IMG/VR virus record: IMGVR_UViG_3300046542_000312
Span: 1,260-65,259 of that record
From: a virus
Lineage: Duplodnaviria > Caudoviricetes
Direction: 5' to 3' (one strand)
DNA length: 64,000 nt
Positions 9,402-17,729 of the stretch are shown piece after piece. The notes under the pieces are model-generated. The model had not been told where the DNA came from, made no database searches, and worked only from the letters and a program-made list of their open reading frames with translations. The position numbers and the translations under genes are program-made. Position 1 is the first letter of the stretch. Each line of letters begins with the position of its first letter.

Positions 9402-10114
9402 TTTTCGTTCCTCCCTTCGACGCCGCGGCGGACACGATCCCGCGTTCGAGCATTCATCCAGTGCAGGGCTTCCTCGAGCTTGGTGATGGCGAGAGCATTC
9501 TCGCGGCAGGCGTACGGCCCTTTCTGGAAGGCGTTGAAGCGATCGAGTATGATCGAGAGCAGCGCGCCCTCGGTGATGCCGTTGACAGAACTCTCGGAGA
9601 CTGGGCCATTCTGGAAGCTGATAATGTCCCGCCATCCCTGCGTGCCGTTGTGGCCGCAGATGCTGTAGACGTGGTTCGCACCTCCAGGGCCGGGTTCGTC
9701 GTCGGCCGAGATCGAAAGCTCGTTGCCAGCAGGCGTGTCGTCATAGCGATAGACGGGACGTGCGTCATGAGGTGGAGCAATCGGGAGCTCAGGAGCTGGG
9801 TCAACGACGGCTTCGAACTCGACTTCCCAGCGGCCCTCCATGTTGTGCCTGCCGAGATCGAAACGAGGTGTCTTCATGAAGATGAGCTTGTCGTCTTCGA
9901 AGATATCCTTCATGTCGTGGCGCAGCTTTTCGGTGGCCATGTGAACCGCCCATAGAGGCGTAATGACGCAACCTGGAGTCTGTCCACGGAACGTGAAGAT
10001 CTGAGGCTCGGCCTTTGACGGGCGATCCTTATCGGACACGAACTCGTTGAGGACCTTGGCCAGTTCGACCACGAAGAACTGGTCTGTGTTGATTGTTACC
10101 TGTTCGAATCCCAT
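9398..10114 (-). CDS. tad1: Tad1-family anti-defence sponge domain fused to an unknown N-terminal domain
   Basis: C-terminal GPGGANHVY..FQNG..NGIT..LLSIILDRFNAFQKGPYACRENALAITKLEEALHWMNARTRDRVRRGVEG aligns with the Tad1 signature. Confidence 0.85.
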   Translation of the reverse strand: MGFEQVTINTDQFFVVELAKVLNEFVSDKDRPSKAEPQIFTFRGQTPGCVITPLWAVHMATEKLRHDMKDIFEDDKLIFMKTPRFDLGRHNMEGRWEVEFEAVVDPAPELPIAPPHDARPVYRYDDTPAGNELSISADDEPGPGGANHVYSICGHNGTQGWRDIISFQNGPVSESSVNGITEGALLSIILDRFNAFQKGPYACRENALAITKLEEALHWMNARTRDRVRRGVEGRNEK

Positions 10115-10139
10115 GACGTTTCCTCCATGCTAGGGCATG

Positions 10140-10154
10140 TTAACGATGGGTTAA
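10140..10154 (-). promoter_or_regulatory. CtrA box over the -10 region of the tad1 operon promoter
   Basis: TTAAcccatcgTTAAC (minus), perfect; TTGACT -35 upstream. Confidence 0.7.
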
Positions 10155-10185
10155 ACACCAGCACCAAGTCAAACGCCGGCAGGAT

Positions 10186-10635
10186 TCACGTCGCGGTGAA
10201 GGATGTCTTCGGAACTATGGTCAGACGGTCGTTGACGAGCTTCACCTCGACAGAATAGCCGCGGAAGTGAGCCTGTATGATCTTCCTCAAGCCATCCTTG
10301 CCGATCGACGACCATCGGAGCGTGTCCTCCTTCAGTATCTCCAGTGACTTCTGCGCCGTGGCGACGTCGGTGAGACCTCCATCGACGAGGGCGATTATGC
10401 CGCCGACGACGAAGACGATCTCATGCTCCAGGGGCGTCGCCGCCACCCACTTCTCCTCGTTGCCATTGCTGACCATGAACTTGCCCTCGTAGGGCTTCCT
10501 CAGGTAGTTGGGCTCCACATATTTGCTGAACACCCGGACCTTGCCGTAGACGGCCTCCTGAGCCAGGCCGAAGGCCTTGTGCTGGTCTTCGTGCCGGGCG
10601 ACTTCGAGGCCGTCGTCGTTGATGACGATATACAT
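10186..10635 (-). CDS. Hypothetical protein
   Basis: GGAGGAG RBS. Confidence 0.75.
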   Translation of the reverse strand: MYIVINDDGLEVARHEDQHKAFGLAQEAVYGKVRVFSKYVEPNYLRKPYEGKFMVSNGNEEKWVAATPLEHEIVFVVGGIIALVDGGLTDVATAQKSLEILKEDTLRWSSIGKDGLRKIIQAHFRGYSVEVKLVNDRLTIVPKTSFTAT

Positions 10636-10689
10636 CTCGTTCTCCTCCCATACGGTACATAAATATACCTAAGAGGATTTTTGTTCCAA

Positions 10690-11904
10690 TCACGAGAACT
10701 GGGGATTCCCGTCCGCATCCCACGGAATGATGTCGGCCTCGACCCTTGAGATGCGGTGTGCGATCCAGGATAGAACGTTGGTCGTGATCGAATTCCCGCA
10801 TGCGTGGTATCGGCGGGTGTCCGGCGCGACGCCGTTCTGGAACGGCACGTCCGTCCAGCCCATCGGGAACCCCTGAAGCGACTCCTCCTCGCAGGGCATC
10901 AGCTTGCGAGCGATCCACTGCTGTCCGTCCTCGTGGATGACCCCGTGCCAGTGGTCGGCTAGGATCGTGTACATCGGGGCGTTGGCCTCCGAGATCCCGG
11001 TGCCACCCTGCTTTCCGAGCCTGCCGCTATTCTGGATCGAGTAGATGATGACCTGCTGATCCTTGGAATCCGATGCCATGAGCGGGTATGCGTATTCCGG
11101 GTTCTCCATGTAGGAGAACTTCGAATCCCGACCGATGAGCGCTAGGAGCTGAGTGCCTGAATGATCTCCGGGGACAGCGCCTTGCCATTGTTCTCCGCGC
11201 GCCGGAGCAGTCCAGACTTCGCCTTCTCGCTCAAAGAGTATTTCTCCGGCGTCCCGGTCAGGATCAAATGAGACGACAATGTAGAGGCGACGCCTTGATT
11301 GGGCGACCCCGAAGTTGATGGAATCGAGAATTCTCCAGGCAATGGACGTTCCGTCTTCTGCAAGCACATGACCTGCGTTCGACCAGCCGTCCCTTGGTGC
11401 GAGTAGAGGGTCTTCGTCCCCGGCAAACGCTGCCATGAGGGTTCCGAGGGGGTTGTCGGTGTGAGAGAGGAATCCATGAACGTTCTCCATGACGATGTAG
11501 CGGAGGTTGTTGATGCGGCGCATGCGGAGCGCCAGTTGGGCGAAGGCGAGGGTCAGGTTCCCGCGCGGATCCGAGAAGCCGCCGCGCAGGCCGGCGAGCG
11601 AGAAGCCCTGACATGGCGGCCCGCCTTCCAGCACGTCGATGTCACCGAGCAGGGACAGATCCTCGTCGGTGATCTGGGCGACGTCTCCGTAGTTGGTGAC
11701 GGATCCACCCTCGATGCCGCGGTACTGCTTCTCGGCGAAGTCCTTGTGGTCGGGACGGTACTTCGGAGCCGTGCACCCGAGACGGTGGTGGAGAACGGCG
11801 GCCGGGAATGGCGCAGGCTCGGCATAGCCCCGGAAATCCCATCCAAGGGGCTTACAGGCTACGCTTGCGGCGGAGATGCCGGAGAATGTGGAGAAGACCC
11901 TCAT
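10690..11904 (-). CDS. Orphan DNA (cytosine-5) methyltransferase
   Basis: FSGI, GGPPCQGFS, ENV, QSRRR, and QGFP..CGNS motifs. Confidence 0.95.
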   Translation of the reverse strand: MRVFSTFSGISAASVACKPLGWDFRGYAEPAPFPAAVLHHRLGCTAPKYRPDHKDFAEKQYRGIEGGSVTNYGDVAQITDEDLSLLGDIDVLEGGPPCQGFSLAGLRGGFSDPRGNLTLAFAQLALRMRRINNLRYIVMENVHGFLSHTDNPLGTLMAAFAGDEDPLLAPRDGWSNAGHVLAEDGTSIAWRILDSINFGVAQSRRRLYIVVSFDPDRDAGEILFEREGEVWTAPARGEQWQGAVPGDHSGTQLLALIGRDSKFSYMENPEYAYPLMASDSKDQQVIIYSIQNSGRLGKQGGTGISEANAPMYTILADHWHGVIHEDGQQWIARKLMPCEEESLQGFPMGWTDVPFQNGVAPDTRRYHACGNSITTNVLSWIAHRISRVEADIIPWDADGNPQFS

Positions 11905-12155
11905 GCCGACCAGCCATCCTCGGCGAGACTTTCCTCGACGGCCTGATGAAGCTCAAGCTCAAAGATGCCTTCCTTGATGAACCGGGGAGCGATGTGGTCG
12001 TCGAAGAACTTGTCGGCGACTTCCTGGCTGATGTAGGCCATGCCTTCGCGGATTCCTTCAAGCTCCTCGATGTTCATGTTCATGAACGTGGCGTAGGCCT
12101 CGTCCCGTCGTGCGATTGCGGCGTCGAGCGCGTCCTTGAGAGTGCTGTCTGGCAT
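11901..12155 (-). CDS. Hypothetical acidic protein (start MPDSTLK)
   Basis: AAAGGA RBS; CtrA-like box at 12190-12204 upstream. Confidence 0.7.
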   Translation of the reverse strand: MPDSTLKDALDAAIARRDEAYATFMNMNIEELEGIREGMAYISQEVADKFFDDHIAPRFIKEGIFELELHQAVEESLAEDGWSA

Positions 12156-12235
12156 GATCGAATCCTTTCTACGATTCCCTGTTGGCAGGTTAACGGTAGG
12201 GTAACGCAAGGACTCGATCAAGTAGCCGGCAGGAT

Positions 12236-12454
12236 TCAAAGATCGTACCCGGATCCGTTCTCCGAATCCTTGTCGTTGATCCATGCGATCAGGTTCGCCA
12301 GCACGAACACCTCGCCTTCATCGGTCAGGTCGCCGGGATCTCCGGCCTCCCATCGGGCGTTGTTGCGTTTGATCTCGGAGGCGAGGAACTCTACGCGGCC
12401 GGGATGCCGGGACATCTTGTTCAGGAGATCGTGGAAGATCTGGATGTCCGGCAT
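12236..12454 (-). CDS. Hypothetical protein
   Basis: Operon context, GGAG RBS. Confidence 0.65.
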   Translation of the reverse strand: MPDIQIFHDLLNKMSRHPGRVEFLASEIKRNNARWEAGDPGDLTDEGEVFVLANLIAWINDKDSENGSGYDL

Positions 12455-12459
12455 ATTGG

Positions 12460-12642
12460 CTACTCCGTGGATGCTTTGATTTCCTTGAGAAGCGGCATCA
12501 TCAGGCAGTCCATGAAGGCTTCCGTCTGATGATCCTCGAGGGTGCCGTGGTATGTGATGGCCGCCTCAAGAAGGCGATCGAGAGATGCCTTCCATTCGGA
12601 CTTCAATTCGGCAATCTCCTGTTCGTAATCCATCCAGTCCAT
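12460..12642 (-). CDS. Hypothetical protein
   Basis: AAAGGA RBS. Confidence 0.65.
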   Translation of the reverse strand: MDWMDYEQEIAELKSEWKASLDRLLEAAITYHGTLEDHQTEAFMDCLMMPLLKEIKASTE

Positions 12643-12660
12643 ACGGGTATCCTTTCGAGT

Positions 12661-12876
12661 TTAGATCGATTTGACGGCAAGGAATGCGAGCGTGGCCACC
12701 AGCCCGGTCTCGTACAGCTCCCGGAGACGGTGAACCATGTGGATCAGGATCAGATATCCGGGGTTCTTCTTCTCGATGAGCCTGAAGGAGAACACGAACG
12801 AGAGCGCGCGCAGAAGCAGCCACATGGTGACGACGATGGGCGGGTTGAGGAACAGGTTCCATGCGATGTAGTTCAT
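12661..12876 (-). CDS. Small membrane protein
   Basis: Hydrophobic segments, AGGAG RBS. Confidence 0.65.
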   Translation of the reverse strand: MNYIAWNLFLNPPIVVTMWLLLRALSFVFSFRLIEKKNPGYLILIHMVHRLRELYETGLVATLAFLAVKSI

Positions 12877-13184
12877 CGGATTCTCCTGGATGAGATGTCA
12901 CGGCGGCAGAGATCGGCCAGCGTTATGGGTGTGCCATCGCCATCGTTCTTCTCGTTCTGGAGCCGGATCAGATGACCTTCGTCGACCTTGAAGGCGTATT
13001 CGGCAGCCTGCTCGTCGGCATAGGAGCCGGGCATCCAGCAGTCATGCCAGCTTATCGAGCATCGGCCGTCGTCGAGCTTGAAGATCTTCTTGCGGCCCTT
13101 GCAGGCGTCGGATCGGATACCTGCGTACTGCCAGCCGGGAGATAGGAGGGACAGGTCGATGATGGCTGTGGGAAACTTGTGCAT
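12873..13184 (-). CDS. Hypothetical protein
   Basis: AAGGAGG RBS. Confidence 0.7.
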   Translation of the reverse strand: MHKFPTAIIDLSLLSPGWQYAGIRSDACKGRKKIFKLDDGRCSISWHDCWMPGSYADEQAAEYAFKVDEGHLIRLQNEKNDGDGTPITLADLCRRDISSRRIR

Positions 13185-13242
13185 GGGTGCCTCCTTGTGG
13201 TGGGAGTGACTGCAACGCCAGTAAGCAGAGGCTCCTGTTAAC

Positions 13243-13274
13243 CATCATGTGCGTCGGCGGAACGAGATGCAAAT
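13243..13274 (-). promoter_or_regulatory. Duplicated sigma70-type promoter, copy 1
   Basis: TTGCAT-N17-CATGAT; 31/32 identical to 13844-13875; adjacent TTAACCAT CtrA half-site. Confidence 0.7.
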
Positions 13275-13334
13275 AAAGAAGCCCCCAGGCGTGATGCCAA
13301 GGGTCTTACGAGTGACTAAGGACGAATCCCTGGA

Positions 13335-13808
13335 TCAGAGCGCGGGCAGCGGGATCAGCCTGGATCCTGTACCGAGATCGGCGACGAGCCTCATCGAGAC
13401 CATGAACATGTCCTCGCGGTGGATGCCGTAGAGATGGAAGGGGTGGGACTCCGGTGTCTCCGCCATCCTTGATGGCAGCATCAGCGTGTCATTCTGCTTG
13501 CCGCGGAAGAACTCGACCTCTGGCCTCCTGCGCCAGATGACGGGCTTGTTCTCGGCGATGCGGACGTCTGCGTCGAGCGTGGCGCGAACGATCCTAATAA
13601 CCGCATCCATGATGCCCCCGTTCTCTTCGGCGGTGCCCGTCATATACCGGGTCGGGAACCCCATGGTGAACTTGGTGTAGGGAGTGACCTCGTCGGGGCC
13701 GATGTGGCAGGGGCCGGGCGTGCCTTCGATGAAGGGGATGTCTGCGATGCCCTCGAGAAGGGCCTTCTCCATCCATTCGGCGGTGTCTCGTGAAAGTTCA
13801 GGTGTCAT
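13335..13808 (-). CDS. Hypothetical protein
   Basis: AGGAG RBS, own promoter. Confidence 0.75.
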   Translation of the reverse strand: MTPELSRDTAEWMEKALLEGIADIPFIEGTPGPCHIGPDEVTPYTKFTMGFPTRYMTGTAEENGGIMDAVIRIVRATLDADVRIAENKPVIWRRRPEVEFFRGKQNDTLMLPSRMAETPESHPFHLYGIHREDMFMVSMRLVADLGTGSRLIPLPAL

Positions 13809-13843
13809 GCGTAGTCTCCTGCGACCCCCATTGGCCGCACGGA

Positions 13844-13875
13844 CATCATGTGCGTCGGCGGAACGAGAAGCAAAT
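13844..13875 (-). promoter_or_regulatory. Duplicated sigma70-type promoter, copy 2
   Basis: TTGCTT-N17-CATGAT. Confidence 0.7.
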
Positions 13876-13933
13876 GACGCCGCCGACAGACCGTGCTAAG
13901 AGGTGCCGGCCAACAATGAGGAAGGGAATCGGC

Positions 13934-14134
13934 ATGACGAAGAACAACGTGAACATGATCGTGCATGTGGGCGACGGCTCTCTGGTGGAGATGATGCCGA
14001 ACTTCATGAGCGAGCAGAACCTGGCGGACATCGAGGAGATCGCCCGCAAGGAAGGAAAGACCGTCACCGAGCTGGTGCTGGAGGGTGCCCGGATGCTGAT
14101 CGAGAAGCGCGGCCTCAAGATGCCCGAGGAGTGA
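13934..14134 (+). CDS. Ribbon-helix-helix (CopG-like) protein
   Basis: LADIEEIARKEGKTVTELVLEGARMLI helix pattern. Confidence 0.55.
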   Translation: MTKNNVNMIVHVGDGSLVEMMPNFMSEQNLADIEEIARKEGKTVTELVLEGARMLIEKRGLKMPEE

Positions 14135-14239
14135 GGGGCCGAAGTGTTTCCCCCGTGATTTCGGAGACACATTAGCAAGGACTAAAACGTGAACGACGAT
14201 GGCACGGGTTGTTGTCAACGGAAATTGAATCCGGAATCT

Positions 14240-14570
14240 GCGCGGAATTTTTGGGGCGATGTTTGCGTTTTCGACGCCGGGGGTGTTTTTGGGCGGAATC
14301 GGAGGTTGGGTGTGGGAAATCGTATATATAGAAATGAATCCGGCGAAGGCCCAACCGGGGGGATGGGGGTGGGTAGGGGGAGCCCCACCCCCTCGTGCGC
14401 GCGACGCCTGCATGTGTGCCCGTGCGGACGCGCTTCCATACTCGTCGATCGGCATCCATCCGCGCGAAGGACTCGGCCTCGAATCCTTGCCCAATATGTT
14501 AACAAATAGTGCATTCTGATATGACGACCTTCTCCTTGAAGGTTACGATACCAACAATATCAACAACTTA
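14240..14570. other. Non-coding candidate packaging/terminus region
   Basis: T-tracts, G-run cluster at 14357-14380 with complementary C-run, IHF consensus at 14558-14570, next to terS. Confidence 0.4.
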
Positions 14571-15524
14571 GCTGTCGAGTTTGAGACTTCTGGAAATACG
14601 TGCCAGCATTTCGTCGTCAGAGAGTTCCTGGTAGTCGTCGTCCTTGTCGAGTGCCTTCGTGTCCCACAGCTTCACGTGCTTCATGGAGCCGAGAGCCTTG
14701 GCGGCGGCAACGCGGTCTGAATCCTTCTGGCCATCGCGCATCACGTCAACGAGCGCATCGATGACTTCACGTCTCACCAGGTCGGCATCATAGTATATCT
14801 GATGCCTCACAGCCGCCTTCAACGCTGCAATCCTTGCAGCCACGTGCGGCGTCTTCTCCAGTCTCGACGCCGCTGGCCCCGATGTCGTCCTCTCCATGTT
14901 CGAGCAGTCATAGCTGGCTTCGTAGGCCTCGATCTGCCGCTTCCCCTCAGAGCGCAACTGGCAGAACTTCTCCTGCTGTGCCGTCAGGCGCTTCGTCTTG
15001 CCATCGCTGGTCTTGTATGTGGCCGTCTTCGCCCGCGCCCTGCTGAGGGTATCGCTGTCCGGGTTCAGGTCTTCGTCCAGCTCTTCCGCGTATTCGGCCA
15101 GCTCTTCGTCCGTCATCGGCTCCTCTTCGACGGGGTCGTCCTTCTGCCCGGCGTGAGATTTAGTCTGCTTCGGCGGCTCCACGGACGCGATGCGCACAGG
15201 CACCGATGCCACCATCTCCACCACGTCGTCGGGAATGTCCTCCACCTCTGAAGCCCTTGTATCCTCGGCAGTTGGCGCATCCTCGGGCTTGCCGGCATCC
15301 TTCTCCTCGATCGGGTCGGCGGCGTGCTGCAGCACGGGCTCGGGTTCGATGGCGGCACTGTGGACTGGCGGGATCGGCTTGGCTCCTTTCCTGCTGTCGT
15401 TGAATGCCTTCTCGTATGCGGGCGTGGTCTCCCTCTCTGGTGACGGGGTGTTCTCTCCCATCTCCTTGAGCCTCTCCTTATTCGCTTGGGTGTTGGCTAG
15501 TAGTCTCTGCCTAAGATCGGACAT
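14568..15524 (-). CDS. terS: Terminase small subunit with long acidic N-terminal extension
   Basis: LTAQQEKFC..AYEASY..AASRL..PHVAARI..DRVAAAKALG; start MSDLRQ with GAGGAG. Confidence 0.85.
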   Translation of the reverse strand: MSDLRQRLLANTQANKERLKEMGENTPSPERETTPAYEKAFNDSRKGAKPIPPVHSAAIEPEPVLQHAADPIEEKDAGKPEDAPTAEDTRASEVEDIPDDVVEMVASVPVRIASVEPPKQTKSHAGQKDDPVEEEPMTDEELAEYAEELDEDLNPDSDTLSRARAKTATYKTSDGKTKRLTAQQEKFCQLRSEGKRQIEAYEASYDCSNMERTTSGPAASRLEKTPHVAARIAALKAAVRHQIYYDADLVRREVIDALVDVMRDGQKDSDRVAAAKALGSMKHVKLWDTKALDKDDDYQELSDDEMLARISRSLKLDS

Positions 15525-15525
15525 C

Positions 15526-15557
15526 TGTCGCTCCTCCTCGCTCTGCTCGTCAGTGCG
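15526..15557 (-). repeat. CGC-N3-TCCTCG-N3/7-CTCGTCA-S-TGCG element, copy 1
   Basis: Other copies at 17283-17314, 21003-21033 and 24429-24459. Confidence 0.85.
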
Positions 15558-15837
15558 GGCTACGCCGTTGTGCCCGCATGCAGTTCCATGTCTGACCTTG
15601 CACGGACGATGCCGATCCTGGAATACCTGCGGTATCTGGGCGTGTGTGACCTGCTCGTTTCCGGGGCAGGATTTGCGGCTCATGCATTCCACTTGCAGCC
15701 GCGTCGGCGGGCTGTCGGAGGCTTGCAGGCCCACTCCGAAATCTTTTTCAAATTATTTTCGACCCCGAATCACCAGCACTATCGAGTCCTTGTCAATAGG
15801 TTTGGCGGTCACTCTGAATAATTCTTTGCAAACCCTC

Positions 15838-15866
15838 TTGTGGCCGACGAATCCTTGCCGCATCTT
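15838..15866 (+). promoter_or_regulatory. Early promoter
   Basis: TTGTGG-N17-CATCTT after an AT-rich UP-like tract. Confidence 0.5.
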
Positions 15867-15998
15867 TTAATCATCGGCGGCACGGAATGGTCTTCGGATC
15901 CACTCAATAGCCCACACGGTCGAGACCGCCGACGGATCCTTCAGGATCACCTCTTGCTCCGGAGAAACGGGCTACGGAATGAGCGGCTCAGCCACTCG

Positions 15999-16018
15999 GT
16001 TATTTGACATCGTGAATA
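15999..16018 (+). promoter_or_regulatory. boxA-like antitermination element (or a TTGACA promoter)
   Basis: GTTATTTGACATCGTGAATA in the leader of the early operon, resembling rrn-leader boxA. Confidence 0.45.
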
Positions 16019-16140
16019 GATCCCTAGCGTCGATGACGCGAACGGACGGACACCAAGGTTCTCAAGGATTGGCCTGAGGCATCTACATCATTCGGATGTG
16101 GATACGGGCATGCCAACCGCCCACAACAAGGAGAGATACC

Positions 16141-16431
16141 ATGACCACACCAAAGGCAACTGCATCCAAGCTGTTCCGCGTCCTCAAGAAGATCCACGCA
16201 GAGATTGTGGAGCTAAAGGAGGAAGGACTCCAGGAGATGCTCGCCGAACTGAACGAGGCCTTCGATGACAAGTCGGAGAAGTGGCAGGACAGCGAGAAGG
16301 GTGCGAAGTTCCGGGAGGACATCGACACCATTGAATACTTCGAGGAGATCCTCGGACAGATCGAGAGCGCCTGCATCGAGGGAGCTGAACAGCTTCAGTC
16401 CTGCGACATCGAGGCCGATCTATACGCATAA
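16141..16431 (+). CDS. Acidic first early protein
   Basis: AAGGAG RBS; SEKWQDSEKG motif; D/E-rich. Confidence 0.8.
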   Translation: MTTPKATASKLFRVLKKIHAEIVELKEEGLQEMLAELNEAFDDKSEKWQDSEKGAKFREDIDTIEYFEEILGQIESACIEGAEQLQSCDIEADLYA

Positions 16432-16434
16432 CCA

Positions 16435-16498
16435 ACCGCCTGATGATGACCGACTGGCCTCGGTCGAAACGCTCTCTATGAGGGCGTCGCGGTAGCCA
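16435..16498 (+). ncRNA. Type I hammerhead ribozyme 1
   Basis: ACCGC-CUGAUGA-U-GACCGA/UCGGUC-GAAA-CGCUCUC/GAGGGCG-UC^GCGGU. Confidence 0.9.
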
Positions 16499-16538
16499 AC
16501 CAACGCCCGATCCCGCCGGGCCAGCAAAGGATACGAAC

Positions 16539-16730
16539 ATGAGCATCGAGAAGAAGAGACAGGCCGTAGCCGAGGGTTCCGTCGTTGCGTTCCGCAAGGG
16601 CAAGGAGGCCGTCTGGTATGTGGTCACCAGCACCATCGGAAAGTTCGGGATCGTCTACCGTGAGGAAGGCACGAGCAACGCCGAGCAGGTCATCGACCGC
16701 TGCTATATCGAACAGGTACGAGCCGCCTGA
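16539..16730 (+). CDS. Hypothetical protein
   Basis: AAGGA RBS. Confidence 0.75.
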   Translation: MSIEKKRQAVAEGSVVAFRKGKEAVWYVVTSTIGKFGIVYREEGTSNAEQVIDRCYIEQVRAA

Positions 16731-16787
16731 CGAGTCCTTTGGCGAGGACGAAACCGGATCTCTTCGGAGGTTTGGTAGCGGTAGCCA
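16722..16787 (+). ncRNA. Type I hammerhead ribozyme 2
   Basis: GCCGC-CUGACGA-GUCCUU/GAGGAC-GAAA-CCGGAUCUC(UUCG)GAGGUUUGG-UA^GCGGU. Confidence 0.92.
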
Positions 16788-16833
16788 ACCACAGGGAGCG
16801 TTCCACTGACCGCCGTTCCCGGAAAGGATCATC

Positions 16834-17073
16834 ATGATCAGCAGCAAGACATTCGCCCGCTACATGGAGCGGCATCACGCGGAGCCTTTCGAGGAGGAAG
16901 GCCTCGACTACACCTTTACGGTATGGACGGCGGGAGAGGACGAGGTAGGACAGGTGTCACACAGCCACCTCAACGGCTCCGTCGAATACCACCTGCGCGG
17001 ACCGGCGCTTGCCGAGTTCGAGAAAAGCAGGGAGGCCGCAAGGCTGAACGGCTGGATCGGAGGTGTGGCATGA
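16834..17073 (+). CDS. Hypothetical protein
   Basis: AAAGGA RBS. Confidence 0.75.
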   Translation: MISSKTFARYMERHHAEPFEEEGLDYTFTVWTAGEDEVGQVSHSHLNGSVEYHLRGPALAEFEKSREAARLNGWIGGVA

Positions 17074-17276
17074 CGGCGTCGTGGGCAACCATCAGTCACA
17101 TGCGAAAGCTGGACGGACTGGCTTCCACTCCATCGTGGATGGGGAGCATCGCGATCGATCTCGAAGAGGACGGTCTCATGCGCTACTCAGACGGAGTGTG
17201 GTCTATCACCCTAGAGGGACACGAGTTCATCTTCCTCAATGAAGAGGGTGTTCTCCTTGAAGATGACGAGGCGTAG
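17070..17276 (+). CDS. Hypothetical protein (wHTH-like ending ITLEG)
   Basis: ATGA overlap, GGAGG RBS. Confidence 0.65.
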   Translation: MTASWATISHMRKLDGLASTPSWMGSIAIDLEEDGLMRYSDGVWSITLEGHEFIFLNEEGVLLEDDEA

Positions 17277-17282
17277 ATGGGA

Positions 17283-17314
17283 TCGCCGCTCCTCGCCTCA
17301 GGCTCGTCACTGCG
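17283..17314 (-). repeat. TCCTCG/CTCGTCA element, copy 2
   Basis: TCGCCGCTCCTCG-CCTCAGG-CTCGTCACTGCG, intergenic. Confidence 0.75.
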
Positions 17315-17425
17315 GGAACGCTCCGCCATCGACGACTTCGCCGAAACATACGAAGGGCGGTATCTGGCCGACCTTCCGTCAACGACACACACCGCTTTCT
17401 ACCGGATGCCGGAAAGGAACACGAC

Positions 17426-17629
17426 ATGGCCTTCGACTACGCAGCACACCTCAAGGCGGCCTACGACCACAGGGCCGCATGCGAATCCTTCGTCATCACT
17501 GGCGGGCCGGATCTCATCATGGCTCGTCAGCGTCTGGAGGAGATAGGCCACCTGCCGCGCGGGACATGGGGGTATCTCGAAGCCGAGAGCCTCCGCCGCA
17601 AGCTTCACGACTACAAGCAAGCCGTCTGA
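17426..17629 (+). CDS. Hypothetical protein
   Basis: AAAGGA RBS. Confidence 0.75.
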   Translation: MAFDYAAHLKAAYDHRAACESFVITGGPDLIMARQRLEEIGHLPRGTWGYLEAESLRRKLHDYKQAV

Positions 17630-17685
17630 AGATGACGCTATGGCAAGCGTCGAAACCCTGAGGAAAGGCAGGGTCACGGTAGCCG
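17621..17685 (+). ncRNA. Type I hammerhead ribozyme 3
   Basis: GCCGU-CUGAAGA-U-GACGCU/AGCGUC-GAAA-CCCUG/CAGGG-UC^ACGGU. Confidence 0.9.
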
Positions 17686-17729
17686 GACAAACTGACTATC
17701 ATCAACGCGAACCACAGGGAGAACCAACC

